Assembly (NCBI GenBank): GCA_036574205.1 | Contig: JAINCQ010000018.1 | Location: 64,001-128,000, forward strand | Source of the DNA: Elusimicrobiota bacterium | Lineage (GTDB): Bacteria > Elusimicrobiota > Elusimicrobia > Elusimicrobiales > UBA9959 | Reading direction: 5' to 3' | DNA: 64,000 nucleotides | In this document: piece by piece, positions 29,658-39,881 of the stretch | Layout of the letters: each line of letters begins with the position of its first letter | Numbering within the stretch: the stretch's first letter is position 1 | Program-made: the position numbers and the translations under genes | Notes under the pieces: generated by a model | What the model saw: the letters and a program-made list of their open reading frames with translations, nothing else | Told to the model about the DNA's origin: nothing | Databases searched by the model: none

Positions 29658-29915
29658 TATCTATACATACCTGTCTGCGTGCCTGCCTGAGCGAAGATCC
29701 TCGCAGTCAGGCGGACACGCACAGACAGGTTGGAGTTTTTATGAGTTTCACCCTCACCTTAATCCTCTCCCATTTTTCACCCTCATCCTTCACCTTCCCC
29801 CATCAAGGAGGAAAGGAAAGTTTGACCGTTCCCGGAAGTGAGTGCCGGACTGACCGCCCCAGTCAGTCTACGCTTTCACAGCCTTAAAAATCTTTCAATA
29901 TGTTTATTTTGCATT
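29658..29915 (+). repeat. Composite palindromic repeat, copy 3 (right flank of pel operon)
   Basis: 62-bp hairpin at 29669-29730, CACCCTCA modules, GACTGACC hairpin, and an AAAAATCT..TTCAATATGTTT tail shared with copy 1. Confidence 0.9.
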
Positions 29916-29977
29916 ATTGAAAACTTATTTTTGTTTTATATTGTTGTAAAAATGTAAAATATTTGTAAATAGGAGGA

Positions 29978-32065
29978 ATGATGAGCTTTGTTTTTCTGGT
30001 TTTTTCATTTTTTTTAAATTTAAATGGAGAGAATATGAGAAAAATAGAACCACCGGTTGCAAAAAAAATACCATATAGATTAGAAAAACATGGTGATGTA
30101 AGGATTGATAATTATTTCTGGCTTAAAGATCGTGACTCAAAGGATGTCATTGATTATCTAAAAGCGGAAAATAAATATACTGAGTTGGTAATGAAGGATT
30201 ATAAAAAGGTTGAGAAACAAATTTATAAAGAACTTAAAAGCAGGATAAAAGAGGATTATCAAACAGCCCCTGTAAAATATAAAAATTATCTTTATTTTAA
30301 AAGATATAAAAAAGGGAAAGATTATCCTATTTACTACAGAAAAAAGATAGGGCTGGAAAAACCAGAGTTGTTATTAGATGTAAACGATATAGCAAAAGAT
30401 AGGGAGTTTTGCCATGTTTCAAAAGTTCAGGTAAGCCCTTCCCAGGAAATTCTTGCTTATGCGGTGGATTATGTTGGAAGGAGGTTTTACACAATATATT
30501 TTAAAGATTTAAAAACCGGCAAAATGCTTGATACAAAGATAGAAAATGTTACTTCAAATTTTGCATGGTCAAATGATTCAAATATTATTTATTATGTGAA
30601 ACAAGATAGTGAAACTTTAAGATGGCAGGGAGTCTGGAAATTTAATATAAAATCAAAAACTACCCAAAAATTATATTATGAAGATGACAAAACATATTCA
30701 GTTTATCTTACCAAGTCTAATTCTGAAAATTATCTTTTTATGACGATAGATTCCACTCTTACTACTGAGGTTAGATATCTGGAACCTGGCAGTGAAAATG
30801 AAGTGTTTAAAATATTTCGTCCTCGCCAAAAAGGGCTTGAGTATTATGTAGAAGATGGTGGTGATAGATTTTTTATAAGGAGTAATGATAATGCTAAAAA
30901 TTTTAAAATTTCTTATGTCATGAAAGATGAAAACCACACGGATAAAAATTTATGGAAAAATCTCATTGAACATAACGATAGTGTGTTGTTAGAGGATATG
31001 GAGGTTTTTAAGGATTGGATCGTTATAATGGAAAGAGAAAATGGGCTTGTTAATTTTAGGATTATAGATAGAAATAACGGAGGATTTTCGTATATAAAGT
31101 TTCCAGATGAGGTATACTCTGCCTCATTTGGTGAAAATCTTGAATATGAAACTAATTATTTTAGATATGAGTATGAATCCATGGTAAATCCTCCTTCTAC
31201 TTATGATTATGATTTTTTGAATAAAAATTCTATTCTTGTAAAAAGAAAAGAAGTTCCAAACTATAATCCTTCTGAATATGAAACTAAAAGAGTATGGATT
31301 TCTGCTCGTGATGGTGTGAGGGTACCTTTAAGTATTCTTTATAAAAAAAATTCGTCTAATGATAAGTTGTATTTATATGGTTATGGTTCATATGGTTACT
31401 CTATTGATCCTTATTTTAACTCTACCCTTTTCCCTCTTGTTGATAGAGGTTTTGTTTATGTTATAGCTCATATAAGAGGAGGAAGCGAATTAGGAAGAGC
31501 CTGGTATGAAAACGGAAGACAACTTAATAAAAAGAATACATTTTACGATTTTATAGACGCAACAAAAGCCTTGATTGAATTAGGATATGGCAAAAACGGA
31601 GTTTTTGCTGAAGGTGGCTCTGCTGGCGGGCTTTTAATGGGCGCGATTGCAAACATAGCTCCAGAACTTTATAAAGGTATAATATCCGAAGTTCCCTTCG
31701 TTGATGTTTTAACTACTATGCTTGATGAATCTATTCCTCTTACTACATCAGAATATGATGAATGGGGTAATCCAAACATAAAAGAATATTATGATTATAT
31801 AAAATCATATTCTCCCTACGATAATATAGAAAAGAAATGCTATCCAAATATCCTTGTTACCTCTGGATATAATGATTCACAGGTTCAATATTGGGAGCCT
31901 GCAAAATGGGTTGCCAAATTGAGGGATAATAACGAATGTGATTCTTTTATATTGCTTAAAATGGATATGTCTAGTGGTCATTCTGGTAAAACTGGAAGAT
32001 ATAAATACCTTGAAGATATAGCGTTTAATTATGCGTTTGTTTTGAATGTTGCTGGAATAAAATAA
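29978..32065 (+). CDS. ptrB: Oligopeptidase B (S9A family)
   Basis: DNYFWL, YGYGSYG, GGSAGG nucleophile, DSQVQYWEPAKW, GHSG. Confidence 0.93.
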   Translation: MMSFVFLVFSFFLNLNGENMRKIEPPVAKKIPYRLEKHGDVRIDNYFWLKDRDSKDVIDYLKAENKYTELVMKDYKKVEKQIYKELKSRIKEDYQTAPVKYKNYLYFKRYKKGKDYPIYYRKKIGLEKPELLLDVNDIAKDREFCHVSKVQVSPSQEILAYAVDYVGRRFYTIYFKDLKTGKMLDTKIENVTSNFAWSNDSNIIYYVKQDSETLRWQGVWKFNIKSKTTQKLYYEDDKTYSVYLTKSNSENYLFMTIDSTLTTEVRYLEPGSENEVFKIFRPRQKGLEYYVEDGGDRFFIRSNDNAKNFKISYVMKDENHTDKNLWKNLIEHNDSVLLEDMEVFKDWIVIMERENGLVNFRIIDRNNGGFSYIKFPDEVYSASFGENLEYETNYFRYEYESMVNPPSTYDYDFLNKNSILVKRKEVPNYNPSEYETKRVWISARDGVRVPLSILYKKNSSNDKLYLYGYGSYGYSIDPYFNSTLFPLVDRGFVYVIAHIRGGSELGRAWYENGRQLNKKNTFYDFIDATKALIELGYGKNGVFAEGGSAGGLLMGAIANIAPELYKGIISEVPFVDVLTTMLDESIPLTTSEYDEWGNPNIKEYYDYIKSYSPYDNIEKKCYPNILVTSGYNDSQVQYWEPAKWVAKLRDNNECDSFILLKMDMSSGHSGKTGRYKYLEDIAFNYAFVLNVAGIK

Positions 32066-32210
32066 TATTACAGTTTTCTTTAAATTTTTCACCGTGTTTT
32101 CCCAAAAGAAAATTATATTTTCGAACAAATTGATAAATTTTATATAATATTGTTATATGGTATTTTTAATAAAGAAATTTGGTTAAGTAGAAACTTAATC
32201 GGGAGGAACA

Positions 32211-34991
32211 ATGAAAACAGAAACAAAGTCAAAAAAAGCCATGAAAAATGCAGTAAAACTTCCTAAAAAGATGGTTTACTTTTTTGGAGGTGGAAAGGCT
32301 GAAGGTAAGGAATCAATGAAGAATTTATTAGGAGGAAAAGGCGCAAATCTTGCTGAGATGGCAGGCCATCCTTCTTTAAGACTGCCGGTTCCTCCGGGAT
32401 TTACAATAACAACAGATGTTTGCACATATTACTGGGCAAACAATAGAAAATATCCAGCTTCTCTTGAGCAAGAGGTGGAAAAAAATTTAAAGAAAATAGA
32501 GGATCTTACCGGGAAAAAATTTGGTGATAGTGAAAACCCGCTTCTTGTTTCAGTTCGTTCCGGAGCAAGAAAATCTATGCCTGGAATGATGGAGACAATT
32601 TTAAACGTTGGATTGACTACTAAAACAATACCCGGTTTTATAAAGCTTACCAATAATCCAAGGTTTGTATGGGATTCATATAGAAGACTTATCATGATGT
32701 ATGCTGATGTTGTTATGGAAAAAGCCGCAGGGATAGAACCAAAAGATGATTTTGGGATAAGGAAACAGCTTGATAAAATAATGGAGGAGAAAAAACAACA
32801 AAAAGGTGTAAAAAATGACACGGATCTTGATGCTGAAGATTTAAAAGAACTTTCAGAGAAATTTAAGGAAAAAATAAAAGAGGTTCTTGGAAAAGAATTT
32901 CCAGATGATCATAAAAAGCAGTTATGGGGTGCAATTGGAGCCGTGTTTGCTTCATGGAATGGGAAAAGAGCTGTAGCTTATAGAAAAATAGAGAACATCC
33001 CTGATGATTGGGGAACAGCAGTTAATGTCCAATCAATGGTTTTTGGAAATATGGGAGAAGATAGCGCCACCGGAGTTGCTTTCACCAGAAATCCTGCTAC
33101 TGGCGAAAATAAATTTTATGGAGAATTTTTAACCAATGCTCAGGGAGAGGATGTCGTGGCTGGAATAAGAACGCCAAATCCTATAAACGAAGATAGCAAG
33201 AATGAGCATTCTAAAAATCTTATGACTCTTGAAAAACTAATGCCTGAAGTATATAAAGATCTTGATAATATAAGGAAAAAACTTGAAAAACATTATAGGG
33301 ATATGCTTGATATAGAGTTTACAATAGAAAAGGGCAAATTATATATGCTTCAATGTAGGGTTGGAAAGAGAAATGGTGTTGCGGCTGTTAAAATGGCTTT
33401 GGATATGTATAAGGAAAAACTTATCACAAAAGAAGAAGCTATTATGAGAGTTTCTCCATCTCAGCTGGATGAACTTTTGCATCCTATAATAGATCCTAAT
33501 GAAGAAAAGAACGCAAAGCCGATAGCAAAAGGTTTACCAGCAGGTCCTGGTGGAGCTTATGGGAAAATAGTTTTTACTGCATCTGATGCTGTTGAATGGG
33601 TAAAAAAAGGCGAAAAGGTTATACTTGTTAGAGAAGAAACTAATCCTGAAGATATAGAGGGGATGAGGGCTGCAGAAGCTATATTGACCGCAAGGGGTGG
33701 GATGACATCGCATGCCGCGCTTGTCGCCAGAGGCTGGGGCAAATGCTGTATTGTAGGTTCTTCTGCTATTGAAATAGACCTTAAATCTAAAAAAATGATC
33801 GTTAATGGAAAGGTTTATAATGAAGGAGACTGGCTGACTTTAAATGGTTCTAAAGGGAATGTTTACGAGGGTAAGCTTAAAATGCTTGATGCTGGCAGTG
33901 GTAATCAGATGCTTATGGATTTTTTAAAACTGTGCAATAGTGTTAGAAAGCTCGGTGTTAGGACAAATGCTGATACCCCATCTGACGCTTCAAAGGCTAG
34001 AGAGTTTGGTGCTGAAGGCATAGGACTTTTCAGAATTGAACATATGTTTTATGGAAAAGGAAGCGATGAACCTCTTTTTAAACTTAGAAAGATGATTGTT
34101 TCAAAAACTAAAGAAGAAAGGGTTAAAGCTTTAAATGAGTTATATCCCTATATGAAAAAGGATATAAAAGATACGCTTAAAGTTATGAAAGGACTTCCTG
34201 TCACCATAAGGCTTATAGACCCACCCTTGCATGAGTTTGTTCCACATGACGATGAGAAACTGAGAAATCTTGCAAACGAACTTGGAATATCCTTTGAAGA
34301 ATTAAATGCAAGGGCTGAATCTCTGAGGGAATCAAATCCTATGATGGGACATCGTGGAGTAAGACTTGGAATAACATATCCTGAAATAACAGAGATGCAG
34401 GTAAGGGCTATCCTTGAATCTTCTGCAGAATTAATTAAAGAAGGGATAAGGGTTTATCCAGAGATAATGATCCCAGTTGTTTCTCATGAAAAAGAGGTTG
34501 AATTTGTTGTACCAATAATAAGAAAGGTATATGATGAAGTAATAAAAAAGACTGGTGTTAAAAAAATAGATTATAAGATAGGAACTATGATAGAAATACC
34601 ACGTGCATGTTTAATTGCAGGAAAACTTGCTCAAACAATGGAATTTTTCTCTTTTGGAACTAATGATCTTACACAGATGGGGTTCGGTTTTTCAAGAGAT
34701 GATTCTGGTGTATTTTTAAAGGATTATCTTGAAAAGAAATTACTTGCCACAGATCCATTCCAAACAATAGATCAGGAAGGAATCGGCGAATTAATAAAGA
34801 TAACTGTAAACAGGGGAAGAGCAGTAAGAAAAGATCTTAAAATAGGAATCTGTGGAGAGCAGGGTGGAGATCCAGCTTCTGTAGAGTTTTGCCATAATTC
34901 TGGTTTAAATTATGTTTCCTGCTCGCCTTTCAGAATTCCTATAGCGATACTTGCTTCCGCTCAGGCGCAGATTAAAAATAAAAAGAAGTAG
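32211..34991 (+). CDS. ppdK: Pyruvate, phosphate dikinase
   Basis: LLGGKGANLAEM, GGMTSHAALVAR, FSFGTNDLTQM, GICGE. Confidence 0.98.
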   Translation: MKTETKSKKAMKNAVKLPKKMVYFFGGGKAEGKESMKNLLGGKGANLAEMAGHPSLRLPVPPGFTITTDVCTYYWANNRKYPASLEQEVEKNLKKIEDLTGKKFGDSENPLLVSVRSGARKSMPGMMETILNVGLTTKTIPGFIKLTNNPRFVWDSYRRLIMMYADVVMEKAAGIEPKDDFGIRKQLDKIMEEKKQQKGVKNDTDLDAEDLKELSEKFKEKIKEVLGKEFPDDHKKQLWGAIGAVFASWNGKRAVAYRKIENIPDDWGTAVNVQSMVFGNMGEDSATGVAFTRNPATGENKFYGEFLTNAQGEDVVAGIRTPNPINEDSKNEHSKNLMTLEKLMPEVYKDLDNIRKKLEKHYRDMLDIEFTIEKGKLYMLQCRVGKRNGVAAVKMALDMYKEKLITKEEAIMRVSPSQLDELLHPIIDPNEEKNAKPIAKGLPAGPGGAYGKIVFTASDAVEWVKKGEKVILVREETNPEDIEGMRAAEAILTARGGMTSHAALVARGWGKCCIVGSSAIEIDLKSKKMIVNGKVYNEGDWLTLNGSKGNVYEGKLKMLDAGSGNQMLMDFLKLCNSVRKLGVRTNADTPSDASKAREFGAEGIGLFRIEHMFYGKGSDEPLFKLRKMIVSKTKEERVKALNELYPYMKKDIKDTLKVMKGLPVTIRLIDPPLHEFVPHDDEKLRNLANELGISFEELNARAESLRESNPMMGHRGVRLGITYPEITEMQVRAILESSAELIKEGIRVYPEIMIPVVSHEKEVEFVVPIIRKVYDEVIKKTGVKKIDYKIGTMIEIPRACLIAGKLAQTMEFFSFGTNDLTQMGFGFSRDDSGVFLKDYLEKKLLATDPFQTIDQEGIGELIKITVNRGRAVRKDLKIGICGEQGGDPASVEFCHNSGLNYVSCSPFRIPIAILASAQAQIKNKKK

Positions 34992-34999
34992 AGTATAAA

Positions 35000-35635
35000 A
35001 TGAGCGTTTTATTCCCGGTGGTCATCTCCGCTCCAAGCGGGGGCGGAAAGACCACTATAAAAAATGAAATAATAAAAAGGAATAAACTGTTTAAATTTAA
35101 TATAACCTGTACTACAAGACCTAAGAGGAAAGGCGAGATTGACGGAAAGGATTATTATTTTATATCTGATAAAGAGTTTGATAGGATGATAAAAAACGGT
35201 GAGTTTCTTGAATGGGCCAGAGTTCATAATTGGCGTTATGGCACTCCAAGAAAGTCTGTAGATAAAGCTATCTCTGAAGGTTATTTTCCTATTATGACTA
35301 TAGATGTTAATGGTGCAATGTCAGTTAAAAAAATATATCCGGATTCAGTATTGATATTCCTTATTCCCCCCTCTCCACAGGCGCTTGTGGACCGCCTTAA
35401 AAAAAGAGGTGAATTGATGAGTGACATAAAGCTGAGAATGAAAACTGCTATTAGAGAGATAAAAAAAATTCCGAAATTTGATTATATTGTAGTAAATGAT
35501 GATATAAAAAAAACTGCCAAAAAAATAGAAAATATTGTTTTTTCTAATCTTTGCAAGATTTCCAATAATATGGATATTATCAAAAGATTTATTGATAAAG
35601 CGAGCAAAATTACTGATTATGGAGGAGTAAAATGA
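35000..35635 (+). CDS. gmk: Guanylate kinase
   Basis: SAPSGGGKTT, TTRPKRKGEIDGKDYYF. Confidence 0.96.
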   Translation: MSVLFPVVISAPSGGGKTTIKNEIIKRNKLFKFNITCTTRPKRKGEIDGKDYYFISDKEFDRMIKNGEFLEWARVHNWRYGTPRKSVDKAISEGYFPIMTIDVNGAMSVKKIYPDSVLIFLIPPSPQALVDRLKKRGELMSDIKLRMKTAIREIKKIPKFDYIVVNDDIKKTAKKIENIVFSNLCKISNNMDIIKRFIDKASKITDYGGVK

Positions 35636-35955
35636 GCGAATCAAAAAAAAGTGTTAAAGAAGAGAATAAACAGGAAATTAATCTTGATGAGATTATTATC
35701 AATTCTACGGATGAAAGATATAATAATCTTGTTCTTGCGATGAAATGGGCATATCATTTAAAAAATACAGAAGAATATAAAAATAAACTTTCTTCTGAGA
35801 TAATAGACAAGGCATTAAAAGATGTTATGACAAAAGAGGTTTCGGCTGAGGAGATAGAAAAAGCTGTTGAAAAAGACGAGGCTTTAAGACTTGAAAAAAT
35901 TGCTGAAAAGAGGAGAGAAAAAGCCTCTAAGAGTAAAATGAGCCAGAATGATTAA
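35632..35955 (+). CDS. rpoZ: Probable RNA polymerase omega subunit (divergent)
   Basis: Directly after gmk; RYNNLVLAMKWAYHL...ALKDV weakly matches the omega pattern. Confidence 0.55.
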   Translation: MSESKKSVKEENKQEINLDEIIINSTDERYNNLVLAMKWAYHLKNTEEYKNKLSSEIIDKALKDVMTKEVSAEEIEKAVEKDEALRLEKIAEKRREKASKSKMSQND

Positions 35956-36724
35956 AAATAAAATAATAAAATACTTGAAAGAAGAAATAGATGAAGACGT
36001 TTATATCCCTCCTCATTATTTTGACTCAAATACCACCATTGATAAACAAAAGGAAAACAATATAGTAGATAAAACTGAAAATACTTCTTTTATACCAGAA
36101 TCTGATAATAATATATCTAAATATAAATTGCTTCAAGAACTTGAAGCAGAAGTAAAAAAATGCAAAAAATGTCCACTTGGATTATCAAGGATTAAACCGG
36201 TTTTTGGGGTTGGCAATCCCAATGCTTTGGTAATGTTTATTGGTGAAGGTCCTGGGTGGGAGGAGGATCATAAAGGTGAGCCATTTGTTGGAAAAGCTGG
36301 ACATCTTCTTGATATGATACTTGCTTCAATAGGACTTTCAAGAGAAAAAGTTTATATAGCAAATATCGTCAAGTGTCATCCAATGATAAATCCTCAAACC
36401 CCCCAGGCAAGAGGCAACGATAGACCTCCAACACCTATTGAAATATCTAAGTGCCGAAGCTATTTAGAGGATCAAATAAAAATAATAAAACCGAAATGTA
36501 TAGTTACACTCGGTAATACAGCTACAAGAGTTATGCTTAATGAAACAAAAGGGGTATCTGCCCTTAGGGGTAAATTTTATGATCTTCCTCCTAATTTAAT
36601 TTTTAACTTTGAAATAAAGATACTTCCAACTTATCATCCAGCAGCGCTTTTAAGAAATCCCAATCTCAAAAGAGATACATGGGAGGACATGAAAATGTTA
36701 AGGGATTGGCTTAAAGGGCAATGA
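35948..36724 (+). CDS. Uracil-DNA glycosylase, family 4
   Basis: CKKC Fe-S ligands, GEGPG..ED..GEPFVG, YHPAALL. Confidence 0.92.
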   Translation: MIKNKIIKYLKEEIDEDVYIPPHYFDSNTTIDKQKENNIVDKTENTSFIPESDNNISKYKLLQELEAEVKKCKKCPLGLSRIKPVFGVGNPNALVMFIGEGPGWEEDHKGEPFVGKAGHLLDMILASIGLSREKVYIANIVKCHPMINPQTPQARGNDRPPTPIEISKCRSYLEDQIKIIKPKCIVTLGNTATRVMLNETKGVSALRGKFYDLPPNLIFNFEIKILPTYHPAALLRNPNLKRDTWEDMKMLRDWLKGQ

Positions 36725-38568
36725 TAGCGGAGATTTTATTTCCCGTAGCTCTTGATAAAACTTTTTTTTATAAAATCAGCGATGATATAAAATCTAAAAT
36801 ACAACCGGGGGTAAGGGTTTATGCTTCTTTTGGCAGTAGAGAGAAAGTTCTTGGCTATGTTTTATCAATAAAAGATGAAAAGGATATAGCAAACTCTATT
36901 AAACCGGACCTTGAGATAAAATCAATAAGTAAGGTTATAGATTTAAAACCTATATTTGACGCGGAAAAATTTATTTCTATTTCTACATTTATCTCAAAAC
37001 GCTGGTTATCCCCACTTGGACTTGTACTTTTAGATTTTTTGAGATTTATTCCTTTAAAATTAGATTATGAAGATATATCTCAGAAAGAAAATAGCAATTC
37101 TTTTAAACCATATTTTTTCCTGAATTTCAAGGCTGGTGAAATTAGAAATAAAATACTTGAATTTGCTGATAAAAATACTGTTGTTGTTTTTTTTCCGAAT
37201 ATTTTGTCTCTTGAAATATTTGAATCTGAAATAGCCATAGCCAGAGAAAGATATAAAAAATATTCTTCAAATGAGAAAGATTCAGAGAGAAAACTTGTTT
37301 CAAAGTTGCTATATCTTGGTAAAATAAATATTCTTTTAACAACAAAGGCAGGGTGTTTCCTACCTTTTCCTGATAATACTGTTTTTGTTGTAATAGATCC
37401 ATTAAATTTGATGTATAAGCAATTTGACCAGCATCCTTATTATGATACAGTTGAGGTTTTATTAAAAATATCTGAAATATTTAATTATAAAATATTTTTT
37501 TTCTCTAATTTTCTTCCCCTTTCATTTGTTGATAAACAAAGAAGCGGGTTAATAGAAACAGAAAGCAAGCCATTTAAATTAAAAGAATTTGAGGTAAAAG
37601 ATATTAAAAAAGAAAATATTCTTTCTCAACAGTGGATTTTAGAGATAAAGAAGCTAATTGAACAAAACAAAAAAATTCTAATAATTTCTTATTCAAGATA
37701 CTCCTCAAGTTTAAGTGTGTGTCCAGAATGTGGCTGGATAAAAAAATGTCAGAGATGCAATTCAGTAATGAAGGCTGAGATGATGGAAGGCAAAAAACGC
37801 TATTTTTGTCAGTATTGTGGTTTTAATGAGGATTACACAAATATTTGTCCAAAATGTAATATAACTCTTTCTGAAAAAGGATTTGGAACTAAAAGGATAT
37901 ATGAAAATCTTGTTTCAGTGTTTTATGATAAAAAGATAGTTGAGATAGATGGTAGAAGTGTATATATAAAATCTGAACTTAATCGTGCCATAGAAGAGAT
38001 AAAGCAAAAGGATTTTGATATTCTTATTGCAACTGAATCTGTAATTTCATCTATTGTTGACATTGAGTTTGATTATATAATTTTTATGGTATATGAAAGA
38101 AACAATGACTATGATTATTCATATTCCGAGAGATTTATAGATAAATTTTTAAATTTGATGCTTAAAACAAAGGATGATTCAAAAATTCTTATATATACTT
38201 ATAATCCTGAAAGTTATATATTTGAGAAAATAAAAGATCCATTAAATATAATAGATGAGGAACTTGAGTTAAGAAAAACTTTTAATTATCCACCATTTGC
38301 TTACGTATATCAAATAGAGATGTTCTTTAAGGATAAAAAAAAATTTAAAGAATTGGTTAATGATTTTATAGAAAAAATTGATGATAAATTTAAAGAAGAC
38401 AATGATATAATAGAATATTATCCAAATCTTAGAATCAGAAAATCAAGAACTTCTCCTTTGTATACCCATAAAGCATGGGTGAAATTGAAAAAATATGAAA
38501 ATTTTTTTGATTTTTTAAGGGAATATTCTCAAAAAACTGGTGTTAAAATAAATGTTATTGAATATTAA
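36721..38568 (+). CDS. priA: PriA-like primosomal protein with degenerate helicase motifs
   Basis: N-terminal 3'-DNA-binding-like domain, four CxxC pairs, GFGTKRI, YPPF. No Walker A; DEEH position reads DPLN. Confidence 0.8.
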   Translation: MIAEILFPVALDKTFFYKISDDIKSKIQPGVRVYASFGSREKVLGYVLSIKDEKDIANSIKPDLEIKSISKVIDLKPIFDAEKFISISTFISKRWLSPLGLVLLDFLRFIPLKLDYEDISQKENSNSFKPYFFLNFKAGEIRNKILEFADKNTVVVFFPNILSLEIFESEIAIARERYKKYSSNEKDSERKLVSKLLYLGKINILLTTKAGCFLPFPDNTVFVVIDPLNLMYKQFDQHPYYDTVEVLLKISEIFNYKIFFFSNFLPLSFVDKQRSGLIETESKPFKLKEFEVKDIKKENILSQQWILEIKKLIEQNKKILIISYSRYSSSLSVCPECGWIKKCQRCNSVMKAEMMEGKKRYFCQYCGFNEDYTNICPKCNITLSEKGFGTKRIYENLVSVFYDKKIVEIDGRSVYIKSELNRAIEEIKQKDFDILIATESVISSIVDIEFDYIIFMVYERNNDYDYSYSERFIDKFLNLMLKTKDDSKILIYTYNPESYIFEKIKDPLNIIDEELELRKTFNYPPFAYVYQIEMFFKDKKKFKELVNDFIEKIDDKFKEDNDIIEYYPNLRIRKSRTSPLYTHKAWVKLKKYENFFDFLREYSQKTGVKINVIEY

Positions 38569-38574
38569 TCTTAT

Positions 38575-39657
38575 TTACTTTCCATAATTCTGAGCTGTTC
38601 TAAGCACTGTCTTAACTGTTATAAGCGCAAATTCTTTGCCATATTCTTTTGTTACTGAAACACTCTCAACCTCAAGCCCATCACCAAAAAAATGTTTTAC
38701 CCATTTAGAGGCTTCTGTGGTTGTGGCATATTTTATAAAACTATCTGCTGCAATTCCACTAAGAGTTTCTGATTTTATTATTGGAACTTTAAATACAAGC
38801 TTTGTTCCAGCAGCCAATGTTCCTTTTAAAATCATATTCTTAATGCTTATATTACATTGAAATGCTTCTTCAACTATTGGAAAGCCGCTTAAAACTACAA
38901 ATCCTGCTGGACCGCTTAATGCTATTATAGGTGAAAAATATTCAATATTTGAAAAAATTCCCTGTCCAACTGCATCTATTGCAGCATCAAGCTTAAAACC
39001 TAACATATATGCTAAAGTTCCTCGCATCTTATACATATCTGCCCAGCTAAGGCGTATCTGTTCAAGAGGTTTTTCTGCCAATTTTTTTGTTATTTTTTCA
39101 TTTACTATGCCTTCTGCTATGCTTTGAGCTCTTTTCCTTAAATCTTTCATTTCTTTCGCTATTATTTCATCTCTCTTATTAATCATCCTGGAATATATAC
39201 TTGATAAAGTGGATTTATTTGTTTCAATGGTACATCTTTGCGATTGGGGTATCTCAAAAGTTTTTTCTCTACATTTTCCTCCTAACTCATAGCATACAAG
39301 ATTTGGAGTATCTGGCGCTTTTATTTGAGTTGGTATATATTTTCTTGGAGCGCAGTCCTTTTTTAAATTTTCTTCATATATTTCTAAAAGTCCGTAATCA
39401 GAAAATCCCATTGTCTGGCTGTTTGATATTCTAATCAGTTTTTCTGCAGCTTCACTTATAGAACAAAACCCTTTTTCGCTTTTATTTAATGCGGAAGATT
39501 TAATTCCTTGAGATTTTTCCAGAGATGGAGATAATTTTTGAGTTAAAACAGAAGGATGACTTGAGTTTTCCTCCATAACAGTATTAAAATCAGATAAATC
39601 ATTTGCACTTACAGTTGTTGTGGTTAGGAAAAACAATATAAAAAATAATTTTTTCAT
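38575..39657 (-). CDS. Secreted hypothetical protein
   Basis: 360-aa ORF with signal peptide (VSA) and several Cys; no family recognised. Confidence 0.7.
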   Translation of the reverse strand: MKKLFFILFFLTTTTVSANDLSDFNTVMEENSSHPSVLTQKLSPSLEKSQGIKSSALNKSEKGFCSISEAAEKLIRISNSQTMGFSDYGLLEIYEENLKKDCAPRKYIPTQIKAPDTPNLVCYELGGKCREKTFEIPQSQRCTIETNKSTLSSIYSRMINKRDEIIAKEMKDLRKRAQSIAEGIVNEKITKKLAEKPLEQIRLSWADMYKMRGTLAYMLGFKLDAAIDAVGQGIFSNIEYFSPIIALSGPAGFVVLSGFPIVEEAFQCNISIKNMILKGTLAAGTKLVFKVPIIKSETLSGIAADSFIKYATTTEASKWVKHFFGDGLEVESVSVTKEYGKEFALITVKTVLRTAQNYGK

Positions 39658-39663
39658 AACTAT

Positions 39664-39691
39664 ATTATAGCATCATTGCTTGACTTGTCAA
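39664..39691 (-). promoter_or_regulatory. Consensus sigma70 promoter, probably leaderless
   Basis: TTGACA, 16 nt ending TGC, TATAAT, then 6 nt to ATG 39657. Confidence 0.75.
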
Positions 39692-39696
39692 GGGCC

Positions 39697-39807
39697 TGTA
39701 AGATACCTATACATCTGGGATTTTATGAATTCGAAATTGCTCATCTAAAAAATACTCCGTCAGCGTTTTTCCGATTCAATCATTTTGGCGTTTTTCAATA
39801 CCATAAC
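39697..39807 (+). repeat. Composite repeat, copy 4 (short, lacks inner hairpin)
   Basis: TGTAAGATACCTATACAT...GTTTTTCCGATTCA...GGCGTTTTTCAATACCATAAC, shared with copies 1 and 5. Confidence 0.8.
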
Positions 39808-39881
39808 TTAGAAAAAGATAATAAATAAATTCAATTTTTTTAGATTAAAAATTAGTAAAATAAAGTTATAAGGATTTTGTT

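Noticed and set aside
29648..29887. 79-aa ORF
   Set aside because: Lies entirely within repeat copy 3; the other copies do not keep this frame.
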